From positions 64,001 through 93,176 of IMG/VR virus record IMGVR_UViG_3300027996_000012: a stretch of 29,176 bases of DNA. One strand, written 5' to 3'. The position numbers were made by a program, and so were the translations under genes. Of the stretch, positions 6,229-15,204 are shown piece after piece. The notes under the pieces were generated by a model. The model saw nothing but the letters and a program-made list of their open reading frames with translations. It was not told the origin of the DNA and made no database searches. The DNA is from a virus. Lineage: Duplodnaviria; Heunggongvirae; Uroviricota; Caudoviricetes. Position 1 is the stretch's first letter; every line of letters begins with the position of its first letter.

Positions 6229-8919
6229 ATGATCTTTTTCGATACTGAGACGTGCGGTCTGCACGGTCAAATGGTGCTGCTCCAATGGGCCGAAGATGAT
6301 GGCCCGATCCACCTATATGAGGTATGGAAGCGGCCCATCCATGAAACTCTGGCACTGATTGAATTCATTGTCAACAATGAGATTTGTGGATTCAATCTCG
6401 TATTCGACTGGTTCCAACTGGCCAAGACCTACACCATTTTCTCTCTGTTTCCAAAGGATTGGATTCCAGAGGAACATATCGAAGAGATTGCTGCCCGTGA
6501 GTCAGAGGGTTGCTTTGGAAAGGGCCTGAAGCCTAAAGCAGCCTGTGACCTTCTTTTGCATTCTCGCAGAGGGCCATACCAAAAACTGATGTCAAGGAAG
6601 GACATTCGTATCCGGCGGGTCCCCACCCCACTAGCTTATGCCATGGCCTTGGAACTCGAAAATCGAGTCAAGTTTGATGACATCATGTTTGCCAGGACCA
6701 AGGACAAATCAGGGCCACGTTGGAAGGTCTTTGATGTCATGGACAAAAAGTCTGGACTGGTAGACCCCTGCCTCAAAGATGTCGTTCTCAAGTTCAACCC
6801 TGCTGGTGGTTTGAAGTTTCTAGCCGAGTATGCCTTGGGGAAGAAACCCAAGGCTCATTTCTCGGACATCGAGCTTGATAAGAAGTACCGCCCCGTTGAG
6901 CTTGGCTATGCTCCATACGCATCAGCGCTCTCCAGTGCCGAGAAGGGTTGGGAAGTTCATGCTCCGGACGGGACACTCAAGGGATACGCTTGGCCTGCTT
7001 TGATTCAACGGCACATTGATCATTGGCACAACCATGAGATGGCGCGTGAATACGCAACAGATGATGTTGTCTACACCCGCGATCTTTATTACCACTTTGA
7101 CTCACCAGAACCAGGCGATAACGACAGCGAACTGGCGTGCATGGTGGCCGTGGTACGTTGGCGTGGTTTCAAGATCAACATTCCAGGTATCCGTAAGCTG
7201 ATGGCAAATGCTGCTAATGTGCTCTCCCACTCACCTGTGAATATCAACAAGCCCTCCGCAGTCCGCAAATATATTCGTGCGGTGATGACTGATGTGCAAG
7301 CGGTGCCGTTGGATAAGAGCACAAAGAAAAAGGTACTCAAAGAAATTGTTGCCCAGATGAAATGTGATGAGGGCGAAGCTTGTTTCATGTGTATGGGTAT
7401 GGGTGTCAACCTGGAAACACAGCAACCATGCGAGTGCTGCGGCGGTGCCGGAACACTCAAGGCCGGGTTGCATCCAGCAGCGGTACGTGCTCAAGAGATT
7501 CTGGACGCCAAGATTGCCGCTAAGGAAGTCGAACTTTATGCCAAGCTTTTGAAAGCTGGTAGATTCCATGCCAGTTTCAAAGTCATTGGTACATTGAGTT
7601 CTCGTATGTCAGGCGGCGATGGTCTTAATGCTCAAGGTATCAAGCATGACAAAGCAGTACGTTGTATGTTCCCACTCACTGAGGGCGATAACGTCTTGTG
7701 CGGTGGTGACTTTGATTCATTCGAGGTTACAATTGCCGATGCTGTATTCAAGGACCCGGCACTGCATCAGGTTTTGTTAGAAGGCCGAAAGATTCACGCG
7801 ATGTTTGCTATGGAGATTTTTCCAGGCAACTCGTATGAAGACATCCTGGCATCGGATGGAACCAAAGAGGACATGTATGGTCCCGGTAAGTCGGCGATTT
7901 TTGCTATGCTGTACGGCGGCGACCATAACACATTGTATCAGAACAGCGGCATCCCGCTTGATATCGGGGAAGCGGCTTTCAACGGGTTTGATAAACGGTT
8001 CCCAGGTGTCAAGACAGCACGCGAAGCAGTGCAGGAGTCTTTTTGCGCCATGTCCCAACCCAAGGGTATAGGAACACAAGTCGTCTGGAAAGACCCGGAT
8101 GACTACTGTGAGACATTCTTAGGGTTCCGTCGATACTTCTCACTCGAAAATGAAGTCATCAAAGCACTGTTCAAGTTGGCACAAGGCGTACCAAAGGAAT
8201 GGCGTAACGTCAAAATGAATGTGATACGCAATGAGGCTCGTGGTGTGCAAACAGCAGGCGGGGCAGCTTCCTCAGCACTATATGGGGCAGCATTCCAGAT
8301 TCAAGCTGCTAATACCAGGGCTGCATCCAATCACTTGATTCAATCCCCTGGTGCCATGATCACTAAGGATGTTCAACGAGCTATCTGGGACCTCCAGCCA
8401 ACGGGCATCCATGATCTAATGGTGGCTCCGATGAATATCCATGACGAAGTTATGTGTGTCACCCATCCCGATTACGTAGACCCTGTGGCGGCTGCGGTGC
8501 GCCAGGTTACTGAGTCCTATCGGAAGCATGTCTCATTGATCGGGATGACTTGGAACAAAGTGCAGGCTAACTGGGCAGAGAAGAAGGGTGGCTCGGATAC
8601 CGAACTCATTAGACCCTTAGCGTTGATGCCCACCTATGATGAATATCTGAAAGACAAAGCCAAGGAACTTGCCCTGAGTGAACTCGCCGAGAATGACGTG
8701 AAGAAACCAAAGAAACCCAAGGAACAAGATAATGAGGAAGTCATGGCAGTCTATCATCGACAGTCACAAGACTTCGAGACAGCCCTGAAGGTTACACTTG
8801 GAAAACATCTGGCGATAATCAAGATCAACATGACTGGTGCTGAAGAGAAACATCTTCGATCCATTATGAAACCCGACAACTACGTCCCGCCACCAATGGA
8901 GACTGCTAATGCCACTTGA
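6229..8919 (+). CDS. polA: Family A DNA polymerase with N-terminal 3'-5' exonuclease domain
   Basis: ExoI FDTET, ExoII FNLVFD, motif A GDFDSFE, motif B KSAIFAMLYG, motif C IHDE. No 5'-3' exonuclease domain, as in phage enzymes. Confidence 0.93.
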   Translation: MIFFDTETCGLHGQMVLLQWAEDDGPIHLYEVWKRPIHETLALIEFIVNNEICGFNLVFDWFQLAKTYTIFSLFPKDWIPEEHIEEIAARESEGCFGKGLKPKAACDLLLHSRRGPYQKLMSRKDIRIRRVPTPLAYAMALELENRVKFDDIMFARTKDKSGPRWKVFDVMDKKSGLVDPCLKDVVLKFNPAGGLKFLAEYALGKKPKAHFSDIELDKKYRPVELGYAPYASALSSAEKGWEVHAPDGTLKGYAWPALIQRHIDHWHNHEMAREYATDDVVYTRDLYYHFDSPEPGDNDSELACMVAVVRWRGFKINIPGIRKLMANAANVLSHSPVNINKPSAVRKYIRAVMTDVQAVPLDKSTKKKVLKEIVAQMKCDEGEACFMCMGMGVNLETQQPCECCGGAGTLKAGLHPAAVRAQEILDAKIAAKEVELYAKLLKAGRFHASFKVIGTLSSRMSGGDGLNAQGIKHDKAVRCMFPLTEGDNVLCGGDFDSFEVTIADAVFKDPALHQVLLEGRKIHAMFAMEIFPGNSYEDILASDGTKEDMYGPGKSAIFAMLYGGDHNTLYQNSGIPLDIGEAAFNGFDKRFPGVKTAREAVQESFCAMSQPKGIGTQVVWKDPDDYCETFLGFRRYFSLENEVIKALFKLAQGVPKEWRNVKMNVIRNEARGVQTAGGAASSALYGAAFQIQAANTRAASNHLIQSPGAMITKDVQRAIWDLQPTGIHDLMVAPMNIHDEVMCVTHPDYVDPVAAAVRQVTESYRKHVSLIGMTWNKVQANWAEKKGGSDTELIRPLALMPTYDEYLKDKAKELALSELAENDVKKPKKPKEQDNEEVMAVYHRQSQDFETALKVTLGKHLAIIKINMTGAEEKHLRSIMKPDNYVPPPMETANAT

Positions 8920-9082
8920 GACCCCAACTCGACGTTGTATTTGGTTCCGTACTCTCACGGAACCACAGATTCGTGCTTTGGCTTGCCAGCGCAAGATCAA
9001 AGACTGGCGGACAAAATCCATCAAAGGGTTATTCTCTGCCTTGGAAGTCATTGAAGGTGTGGAAGTACCAGTTCAAGCATGA
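8909..9082 (+). CDS. 57-aa basic protein, Rho-N/HEH-like helical nucleic-acid-binding motif
   Basis: MPLETPTRRCIWFRTLTEPQIRALACQRKIKDWRTKSIKGLFSALEVIEGVEVPVQA. Tiles between polA and the next gene with an ATGA overlap. Missed by the ORF track; the fold call is tentative. Confidence 0.65.
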   Translation: MPLETPTRRCIWFRTLTEPQIRALACQRKIKDWRTKSIKGLFSALEVIEGVEVPVQA

Positions 9083-9489
9083 AGAAACCTCGCAAGCATA
9101 TTTCCCATGGACCTGAATACTATATTCAACGCGACCTGGTTGACTTCCTTGAGGCACGCCAGTGGTTGGTTGAACGTATGGTTGGAAATATGTTTCAACG
9201 TGGTATTCCTGACTTGTATGTGGCGCACAAAAAGTATGGTGACCGCTGGATTGATGTCAAGGTTGAAGGGCACTATGTGTTCACAAAAGCCCAACGTCGT
9301 AAGTGGCCTCTTTGGGAGAAACATGGTGTTGGAATTTGGATCATCACTGCGGCCACCGTGGAGCAATATGACCGTCTGTTTCAACCGCCAAACATGCGGG
9401 ACTATTGGAACCCAGCGTGGGACGACGAGATGGCCGAACTGAACGAAATCATCGACGAGATGACGATCACTCCTACAGTAGAAGACTGA
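9079..9489 (+). CDS. VRR-NUC-like PD-(D/E)XK nuclease (putative junction resolvase)
   Basis: E..IQRDLVDFL, GIPDL, WIDVK and FTKAQ motifs. Confidence 0.8.
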   Translation: MKKPRKHISHGPEYYIQRDLVDFLEARQWLVERMVGNMFQRGIPDLYVAHKKYGDRWIDVKVEGHYVFTKAQRRKWPLWEKHGVGIWIITAATVEQYDRLFQPPNMRDYWNPAWDDEMAELNEIIDEMTITPTVED

Positions 9490-9974
9490 TGATGAAACTT
9501 CAAGCTAGTCCGAATAAATACTCTTGTGTCGCAGCAGCATTTGCAATGGTACTTGAACTCCCAGTGAGAAAGATATTTGGGATATTGCGTCATGACGGTA
9601 GCGAAATGGTTTTTAAGAACGGCCAGAGTGCAGGATTCAACCCACACGAATGCATCATCATTCTAGCCGCCTATGGCTACACATGCACACCGTTTGAAGT
9701 CAACATCATCAGCACCAATGCGGATAACGAATCCTACCTGGTCACCATGGGTCTTACAGAAGATCAACGCAGACAGCGCGTTCTGAATATCATGAAGGGC
9801 AAAAGGGGTGTCGTGATTGGAATCAACCACGTTGGTAATGGTCATGCCATGGCTTGGAATGGTTCGTATTTCTTTGACCCTGCCGGTCTGATGGGCTCAG
9901 CGTTTTCTGGTGAGGATTTGGAGACATCGGGTTTTCGAGTGGATTGTTTTTGGTGGATCACACCAGCTAACTAA
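9489..9974 (+). CDS. Papain-fold, C39-like cysteine peptidase domain protein
   Basis: YSCVAAAFAM (Cys), GHAMAW (His) and FFDP (Asp) in catalytic-triad order. Confidence 0.65.
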   Translation: MMKLQASPNKYSCVAAAFAMVLELPVRKIFGILRHDGSEMVFKNGQSAGFNPHECIIILAAYGYTCTPFEVNIISTNADNESYLVTMGLTEDQRRQRVLNIMKGKRGVVIGINHVGNGHAMAWNGSYFFDPAGLMGSAFSGEDLETSGFRVDCFWWITPAN

Positions 9975-9987
9975 CGGAGTAACTACC

Positions 9988-10653
9988 ATGTTTGATACCA
10001 CACTACAAGAAATTGATTCTGCTCGTTTGTCGCCTGACGATATTGATACCTTGTTACCACTGGTACGGGCGGGTGACAAGTCAGCCATTAACAAAATGAT
10101 TCTTGCCCACTGGTCGCTTGCTAAAGAGATCGCAGGTTACTATGCTGCCACCTGGTCAGCAGCATATCTGTATGATGACATGATTTCTGAAGGCATCATG
10201 ATTATTACACAGAAAGTCCACGAAATCGCCGCCGGTACCGCTATGCAAAAGCATGACAACATCTCGGCTTTTCTCCGAGTTTGTGCTTTTCATGCTATTG
10301 GCGATTGGGCCACAAAGCAACATAGTCTAGGGTCAGCAAAGACACAGAGGAAACAATTCCAACTGGGAGGGGACAGTGGTGTGGTAAAATTCCATAGCAT
10401 ACCGTGTCCCGAAGGTGCTTACTTTGAGACTGATAACGATATGCTGGCAGTACGTGATTTTCTGGACTCCATCCCGGCGACAGTCGAAGAGCACACCATT
10501 ATGCGAATGCGTGAAGAGGGGTGCTCCTACGAGGACATTGGAGCACTGTTAAGCATGGCTCCGTCTACAGTCTATCTTCTGCTCCAGGATATTTATTCTC
10601 GTTTCATGCTAGCTGAAGCCCGTCTCGATGTGCCATCACATCGTATTCGATAA
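9988..10653 (+). CDS. Sigma70-family RNA polymerase sigma factor-like protein
   Basis: Region 2-like AGDKSAINKMILAHWSLAKEIA...DDMISEGIMII and region 4-like EGCSYEDIGALLSMAPSTVYLLL. Confidence 0.8.
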   Translation: MFDTTLQEIDSARLSPDDIDTLLPLVRAGDKSAINKMILAHWSLAKEIAGYYAATWSAAYLYDDMISEGIMIITQKVHEIAAGTAMQKHDNISAFLRVCAFHAIGDWATKQHSLGSAKTQRKQFQLGGDSGVVKFHSIPCPEGAYFETDNDMLAVRDFLDSIPATVEEHTIMRMREEGCSYEDIGALLSMAPSTVYLLLQDIYSRFMLAEARLDVPSHRIR

Positions 10654-10677
10654 GTGTACCCCTTGAGGAGATTTGTT

Positions 10678-11643
10678 ATGGACATCGGTGATGTTGACAT
10701 TGCGGTCAAAAAAACATGCGGTGACGTGATTTCGAGGCCCCTGCGTGGATCAGGTTGGAATGCTTTCTGGTTGGGTCTAGTGTTCACACTGCTTGCAGTG
10801 ATGTGCTATGATCGTTATGTAGCTGACACATGGCAGCAAGAGATGATCGACGGCTACAACTTCAACCAACGCGAGACGGCCCGTATTGAGGCTGTCAAAG
10901 CTCTCGATGAGGAACGCATCCTGGCAGTGATTGATTCCAATAAGGCCAGGGCTGTTGAACTGGAAACTGCCTGGGTGGAACTCAAGATGCAGTATGAACA
11001 GAAATCAGAGCAACTAATGGCGGATTACCAGACGGCAATGGATGAACAGCTTCGTATTGCTGAAGAAGCCCAGTTTAATCGTGAGGAAGTCATCTTGGCA
11101 GCCGAACGGTTTGGAACCTTTGCCATTGCCGAGGGGGAACGTGCCACAGCCGCTGAAAAGTCGCTTGCTGAAATGGTGACGCTAGCTAAGGGTCTCAAAG
11201 AAGAAGTGAAGCGTCTGACCTACCAGTTTGAGAATCAAGTGCAGCTTGTTTCTGACCAAACAGAGGCTATTAGCAACAAACAAGCTGAGATTGATTACCT
11301 GTGGTCTACCGTGCATGAGGCCCGTGGTGTAGTCTATCGGCTCAATGACAAGATTACCAATCTGGAGTGGGACCTTGAGGACGCTCAGGCTGTCATCAAT
11401 TTGCTCTCTAGCCATTTGTGGCTGTACGAGAATGTAGATGACGTTCTCAGTACACCCACACCGCCCGATGCTGAGGGTGTGCCTACCATCATTGTTCCAT
11501 GTGATGACGATGACGGACTGGGGGAACTCGGTCCTGATAGCTGGCTTGGCAGCACCATTGATGTCATGGACGAAGTCGCTGGTCGCTATCATCAACGGAA
11601 GCGTACCAGTCGGTTCTTCAACCAGGGTAAAAAGGTTGCATGA
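10678..11643 (+). CDS. Membrane-anchored coiled-coil protein
   Basis: One TM segment (AFWLGLVFTLLAVMCY), a long heptad-rich helical region and an acidic tail. GAGGAG ribosome-binding site. Confidence 0.8.
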   Translation: MDIGDVDIAVKKTCGDVISRPLRGSGWNAFWLGLVFTLLAVMCYDRYVADTWQQEMIDGYNFNQRETARIEAVKALDEERILAVIDSNKARAVELETAWVELKMQYEQKSEQLMADYQTAMDEQLRIAEEAQFNREEVILAAERFGTFAIAEGERATAAEKSLAEMVTLAKGLKEEVKRLTYQFENQVQLVSDQTEAISNKQAEIDYLWSTVHEARGVVYRLNDKITNLEWDLEDAQAVINLLSSHLWLYENVDDVLSTPTPPDAEGVPTIIVPCDDDDGLGELGPDSWLGSTIDVMDEVAGRYHQRKRTSRFFNQGKKVA

Positions 11644-12152
11644 TGTGGCGTTACTTGAATCCACTGGCACACTGGTACTATGCTTGGTACCTCATAAGAC
11701 ACAAATGGTATGTGTTTCTTGAGTCCGTGCGGTTGGATATTCCAATCCGGGGCTTGTTCCATGATTGGAGCAAGTTCCTGCCTGACGAGTGGTTCCCGTA
11801 TGTGCGGTATTTCTACATCATCAAAGATACCTATGACCCGAAGAAGGGCAAACCATCCAAGACCGGTGATGCAGCCTTTGATATGGCTTGGCTCAAGCAT
11901 CAGCGGCGTAACAATCATCATTGGCAATGGTGGACTGTCTGTCACCCAAATGGTCGCTCGACAGCACTCCCGATGTCAGACGGTGCCCGGCGAGAAATGG
12001 CTGCTGACTGGATGGGGGCGGCTAGGGTGCAAAAGGGGAACGTCATAGACTGGTACAAACGTAACCGCGAGATATTGTATCTCCACCCGGAAACTCGTGA
12101 ATGGGTTGAATTAGCACTAGGATACAGAACTGACAAGGAACTTGAATTGTGA
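11640..12152 (+). CDS. DUF5662-like, HD-related protein
   Basis: HKWYV, HDWSKF, WLKHQRRNNHHWQWW and EMAADW motifs. Confidence 0.75.
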   Translation: MMWRYLNPLAHWYYAWYLIRHKWYVFLESVRLDIPIRGLFHDWSKFLPDEWFPYVRYFYIIKDTYDPKKGKPSKTGDAAFDMAWLKHQRRNNHHWQWWTVCHPNGRSTALPMSDGARREMAADWMGAARVQKGNVIDWYKRNREILYLHPETREWVELALGYRTDKELEL

Positions 12153-13258
12153 AGAACTCAAACCGCCGCGAATTTTTGACGCAGGCCCATAAATACAACC
12201 CCGAAAAAAGCAAGATTGCCGGGTACTATCTGTCTGAGAAACTGGATGGGACGCGATGCTTTTGGGATGGTGGTCTGAGTCGTGGTTGCAAGACTATTGA
12301 TGTGCCATGGGCTGGGATTACGCACCCAAAGAAGGGTGGCATGAAGGCAAAGATCAAACCCATAGCTACTGGACTGTGGTCACGGTACGGTAATCCAATT
12401 ATGGCTCCGGACTGGTTTCTCAACAAACTTCCATGTATGCCATTGGACGGTGAGCTATGGGCAGGTCGTGGAAACTTCCAGCTTTGTCGTTCCATCTGTG
12501 CTGGTGACACAGCGGATGATCGCTGGGAACAGATTCAATACTGTGTGTTCAGCGCGCCACCATTTGAGTCGGTATTTCGTGACGGGGAAATCAAAAACAG
12601 CAACATGCATGAGACGATTGTGTTACGGCGTATTGTGGGTTGGTTTCAAGCCTTACCGGAACGGGCGAGAGTCGATTATCAGTATCTGCCCAATCAGGCA
12701 AGCTTTGATAACGAGTTGGCGATGTTACGTGAGAACATTTCATCTGACGGTCAGCTTGTTTTTCTCCACCGACAAATTCGTCTGAGTATGGATGAGGATG
12801 AAGCCAAAGCTCAAGTTGAAGAAAGACTGACGAAGATTTTGGATGCCGGTGGGGAAGGCATTGTTCTTCGTGACCCGCTGGCAAGTTGGATTCCAAAACG
12901 ATGCAAAGCAGTTTTGAAGTACAAACCCTTTGATGACGCTGAGGGTAAGATCATCCGATTCACTTCAGGTGAACAAGGGAAAACGGGTCAGATGTTGGGT
13001 AAGTTTGGTGCCATGTTTGTCCAGTGGGGAGATAAGGAATTCAAAGTCAGTTGTGGTGGATTCAAGCACCATGAACGATTGTTTTCTACGGATGCCCAAA
13101 CCAACTATGCGGCCGAGCATCCAGGTGAGTTGATGCCGGAGGATTTCGACGGCAAGGATTTCAAGCGGGGCGACATCATCACCTTCAAGTACCGCGAACT
13201 TTCCGACGATGGTATCCCAAAAGAAGCTAGGTACTTTCGTAAGAGGCCGGTTGAATGA
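12149..13258 (+). CDS. lig: ATP-dependent DNA ligase
   Basis: Motif I SEKLDG, LDGELW, EGIVLR, LKYKP, and an OB-fold C-terminus ITFKYRELSDDGIPKEARY. Confidence 0.92.
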   Translation: MKNSNRREFLTQAHKYNPEKSKIAGYYLSEKLDGTRCFWDGGLSRGCKTIDVPWAGITHPKKGGMKAKIKPIATGLWSRYGNPIMAPDWFLNKLPCMPLDGELWAGRGNFQLCRSICAGDTADDRWEQIQYCVFSAPPFESVFRDGEIKNSNMHETIVLRRIVGWFQALPERARVDYQYLPNQASFDNELAMLRENISSDGQLVFLHRQIRLSMDEDEAKAQVEERLTKILDAGGEGIVLRDPLASWIPKRCKAVLKYKPFDDAEGKIIRFTSGEQGKTGQMLGKFGAMFVQWGDKEFKVSCGGFKHHERLFSTDAQTNYAAEHPGELMPEDFDGKDFKRGDIITFKYRELSDDGIPKEARYFRKRPVE

Positions 13259-13485
13259 AAACAGCTATCACACAACGCTGCTGGGATGAACGATGGGACG
13301 ACCTAGAAGCTGCTGGTTGGGAGAAAAGTTCCGTTACTCAAGCTGTATGGCATCCGAAGTGGGGTTGCAAGAGCATCATACAGGCTTGTGAGCTTCAGGA
13401 TGCTCAGGACGTAAAGCGTGGACGCATCGCTGCAATGTGTGTGGCCGTGGTGTTTGGTTTGATTTGGTTGATCATAACCCTGTAA
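13255..13485 (+). CDS. Hypothetical protein with C-terminal transmembrane helix
   Basis: IAAMCVAVVFGLIWLIITL; ATGA overlap. Confidence 0.7.
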   Translation: MKTAITQRCWDERWDDLEAAGWEKSSVTQAVWHPKWGCKSIIQACELQDAQDVKRGRIAAMCVAVVFGLIWLIITL

Positions 13486-13494
13486 GGAACTCAG

Positions 13495-13932
13495 ATGAAA
13501 GTCATCGCCCCCGAGAAGCTACATCTTTCATGGGAAGAAGTTGATGCCAAGATTCGTTCCTTGTGCATCAAGATCGCGTTCATGGAATGGAAATTTGATC
13601 GTGTCGTAAGCATTGCAAACGGCGGGAAGTACGTTGGTCAGGCAGTCGCTAACTTCTTCAATGTGCCACATGAGTCGGTTCGTATCAGTCGGTACGACGG
13701 CGAGCAGAAGCGCGAAGAACCGATTATTGAAGGGGAATTGACACAGGCTACAGGAAATCTCGTTATAGACGACCTTGTGGATGAGGGCAAGACACTTGAT
13801 CTCTTCGACAAACATTTCGGGCTACAAGGAAACAAGGTCGCTGTGCTTTATCATAGTCCAGGGGCACCCAAGGCATATTACAACGAAGTCAAACCAATGG
13901 CATGGTTGGTCTTCCCTTGGGAGGAAGAATGA
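13495..13932 (+). CDS. Type I purine phosphoribosyltransferase (Gpt/Hpt-like)
   Basis: VVSIANGG, PRPP-binding loop LVIDDLVDEGKTL, C-terminal WLVFPWE. Confidence 0.88.
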   Translation: MKVIAPEKLHLSWEEVDAKIRSLCIKIAFMEWKFDRVVSIANGGKYVGQAVANFFNVPHESVRISRYDGEQKREEPIIEGELTQATGNLVIDDLVDEGKTLDLFDKHFGLQGNKVAVLYHSPGAPKAYYNEVKPMAWLVFPWEEE

Positions 13933-14195
13933 ACGAAGTCGGCAGAGATCGTGTTACTGTGGCATTGACAGGTTACAACGACCCCAAAATGCTAATGCAA
14001 GACCTGCTGGAGATTCGTGATATCAACCATCGACTACGTTGGGAGATACACCATCACAAGGATCAGATAGCTAGCGGTAAACGCGAGCTTGACCGTATGT
14101 GTGCTATGTGTCAGGAACTGATAAGGACGAATGCCCAATGTGTGAAACAAATCCACCAACTCATGCCTAAAGAAGATGCCGATGAACAAAGTTGA
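13929..14195 (+). CDS. Small coiled-coil hypothetical protein
   Basis: ATGA overlap; helical heptad pattern. Confidence 0.65.
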   Translation: MNEVGRDRVTVALTGYNDPKMLMQDLLEIRDINHRLRWEIHHHKDQIASGKRELDRMCAMCQELIRTNAQCVKQIHQLMPKEDADEQS

Positions 14196-15204
14196 GACTG
14201 AAACCAAACTGGATTACTGTGATGTGCTGCTTCGACCAAAGCGGTCGGATGTACCAAGTCGCAAGCGTATTGATCTGATGCGCAACTTTGAGTTCAGGCA
14301 CAGCAATCTCACGTTGAACTGCATTCCGGTGATTGCTGCCAACATGGATACCATCGGTACGCTTTCGATGGCGCGTGCCATGCAGCATTACAACATGGCT
14401 ACATGTCTGCACAAGTTCATGTCGGTGCTAGATTTGGTAACGTTCTTCCGCGATGAGGGGATCGACGCCAGTCTCTCATTTCTCACACTGGGTCTACAAC
14501 CTGCTGATTGGGACAAGCTCGAAGATGTGGCTGGCGCAAAGGCTCCGGTGGATCGAATCTGTTTGGATGCTGCCAATGGTTACACCGAGTATTTTGTTGA
14601 GCATGTCAAGAAGCTTCGTGACTGGTTTCCGTTTGCTATCATCATGGCCGGTAACGTAGCAACACCTGAGATGACACAGGAATTGCTGCTGGCTGGGGCC
14701 GACATCGTGAAGATCGGCATTGGGCCAGGTAGTGTTTGTGAGACTAGGATTGTCACTGGTGTGGGCTACCCACAGCTTTCAGCCGTGATTGAATGTGCCG
14801 AGGCAGCCCACGGTCTCAAGGGCCATATCTGTGCTGACGGCGGGTGTGTCTATCCAGGTGATGTAGCTAAGGCTATGGGAGCCGGTGCCGATTTCGTGAT
14901 GCTGGGAGGCATGTTAGCCGGAACTGATGAGAGCCAAGGCGACCATTTCTATGGGATGGCCAGCAAGAAGGCCCAGGAAACTCATTACTCCGATGCGGCA
15001 AAGGACTACTCGACCCCAGAGGGTAAGTGCGTTGATGTTGGATATGCTGGACCGGTAGCTGATATTCTCCAACAGATCACAGGCGGGCTTCGATCAGCGT
15101 GTTCCTATGTTGGAGCCGAACGCTTGAAAGACCTATCAAGGTGTGCGACCTTTGTACGTGCCAACCGAACCCATAACCAAGTGTTTGGAAACGAAGCATG
15201 GTAG
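14176..15204 (+). CDS. guaC: GMP reductase (alternative start 14182)
   Basis: [45 protein letters not shown] (catalytic Cys), ADGGC, FYGMAS and [12 protein letters not shown]. No CBS domains; type 1 GMP reductase signatures. Confidence 0.9.
   Translation: MPMNKVETETKLDYCDVLLRPKRSDVPSRKRIDLMRNFEFRHSNLTLNCIPVIAANMDTIGTLSMARAMQHYNMATCLHKFMSVLDLVTFFRDEGIDASLSFLTLGLQPADWDKLEDVAGAKAPVDRICLDAANGYTEYFVEHVKKLRDWFPFAIIMAGNVATPEMTQELLLAGADIVKIGIGPGSVCETRIVTGVGYPQLSAVIECAEAAHGLKGHICADGGCVYPGDVAKAMGAGADFVMLGGMLAGTDESQGDHFYGMASKKAQETHYSDAAKDYSTPEGKCVDVGYAGPVADILQQITGGLRSACSYVGAERLKDLSRCATFVRANRTHNQVFGNEAW

Noticed and set aside
8916-9116. Track ORF MRPQLDVV as the gene after polA
   Set aside because: The 8909-9082 frame tiles better, with an ATGA overlap, and gives a more protein-like sequence.
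14176-15204. IMP dehydrogenase (guaB)
   Set aside because: No CBS subdomain, and the ANMD, ANGY and FYGMxS signatures match type 1 GMP reductase.
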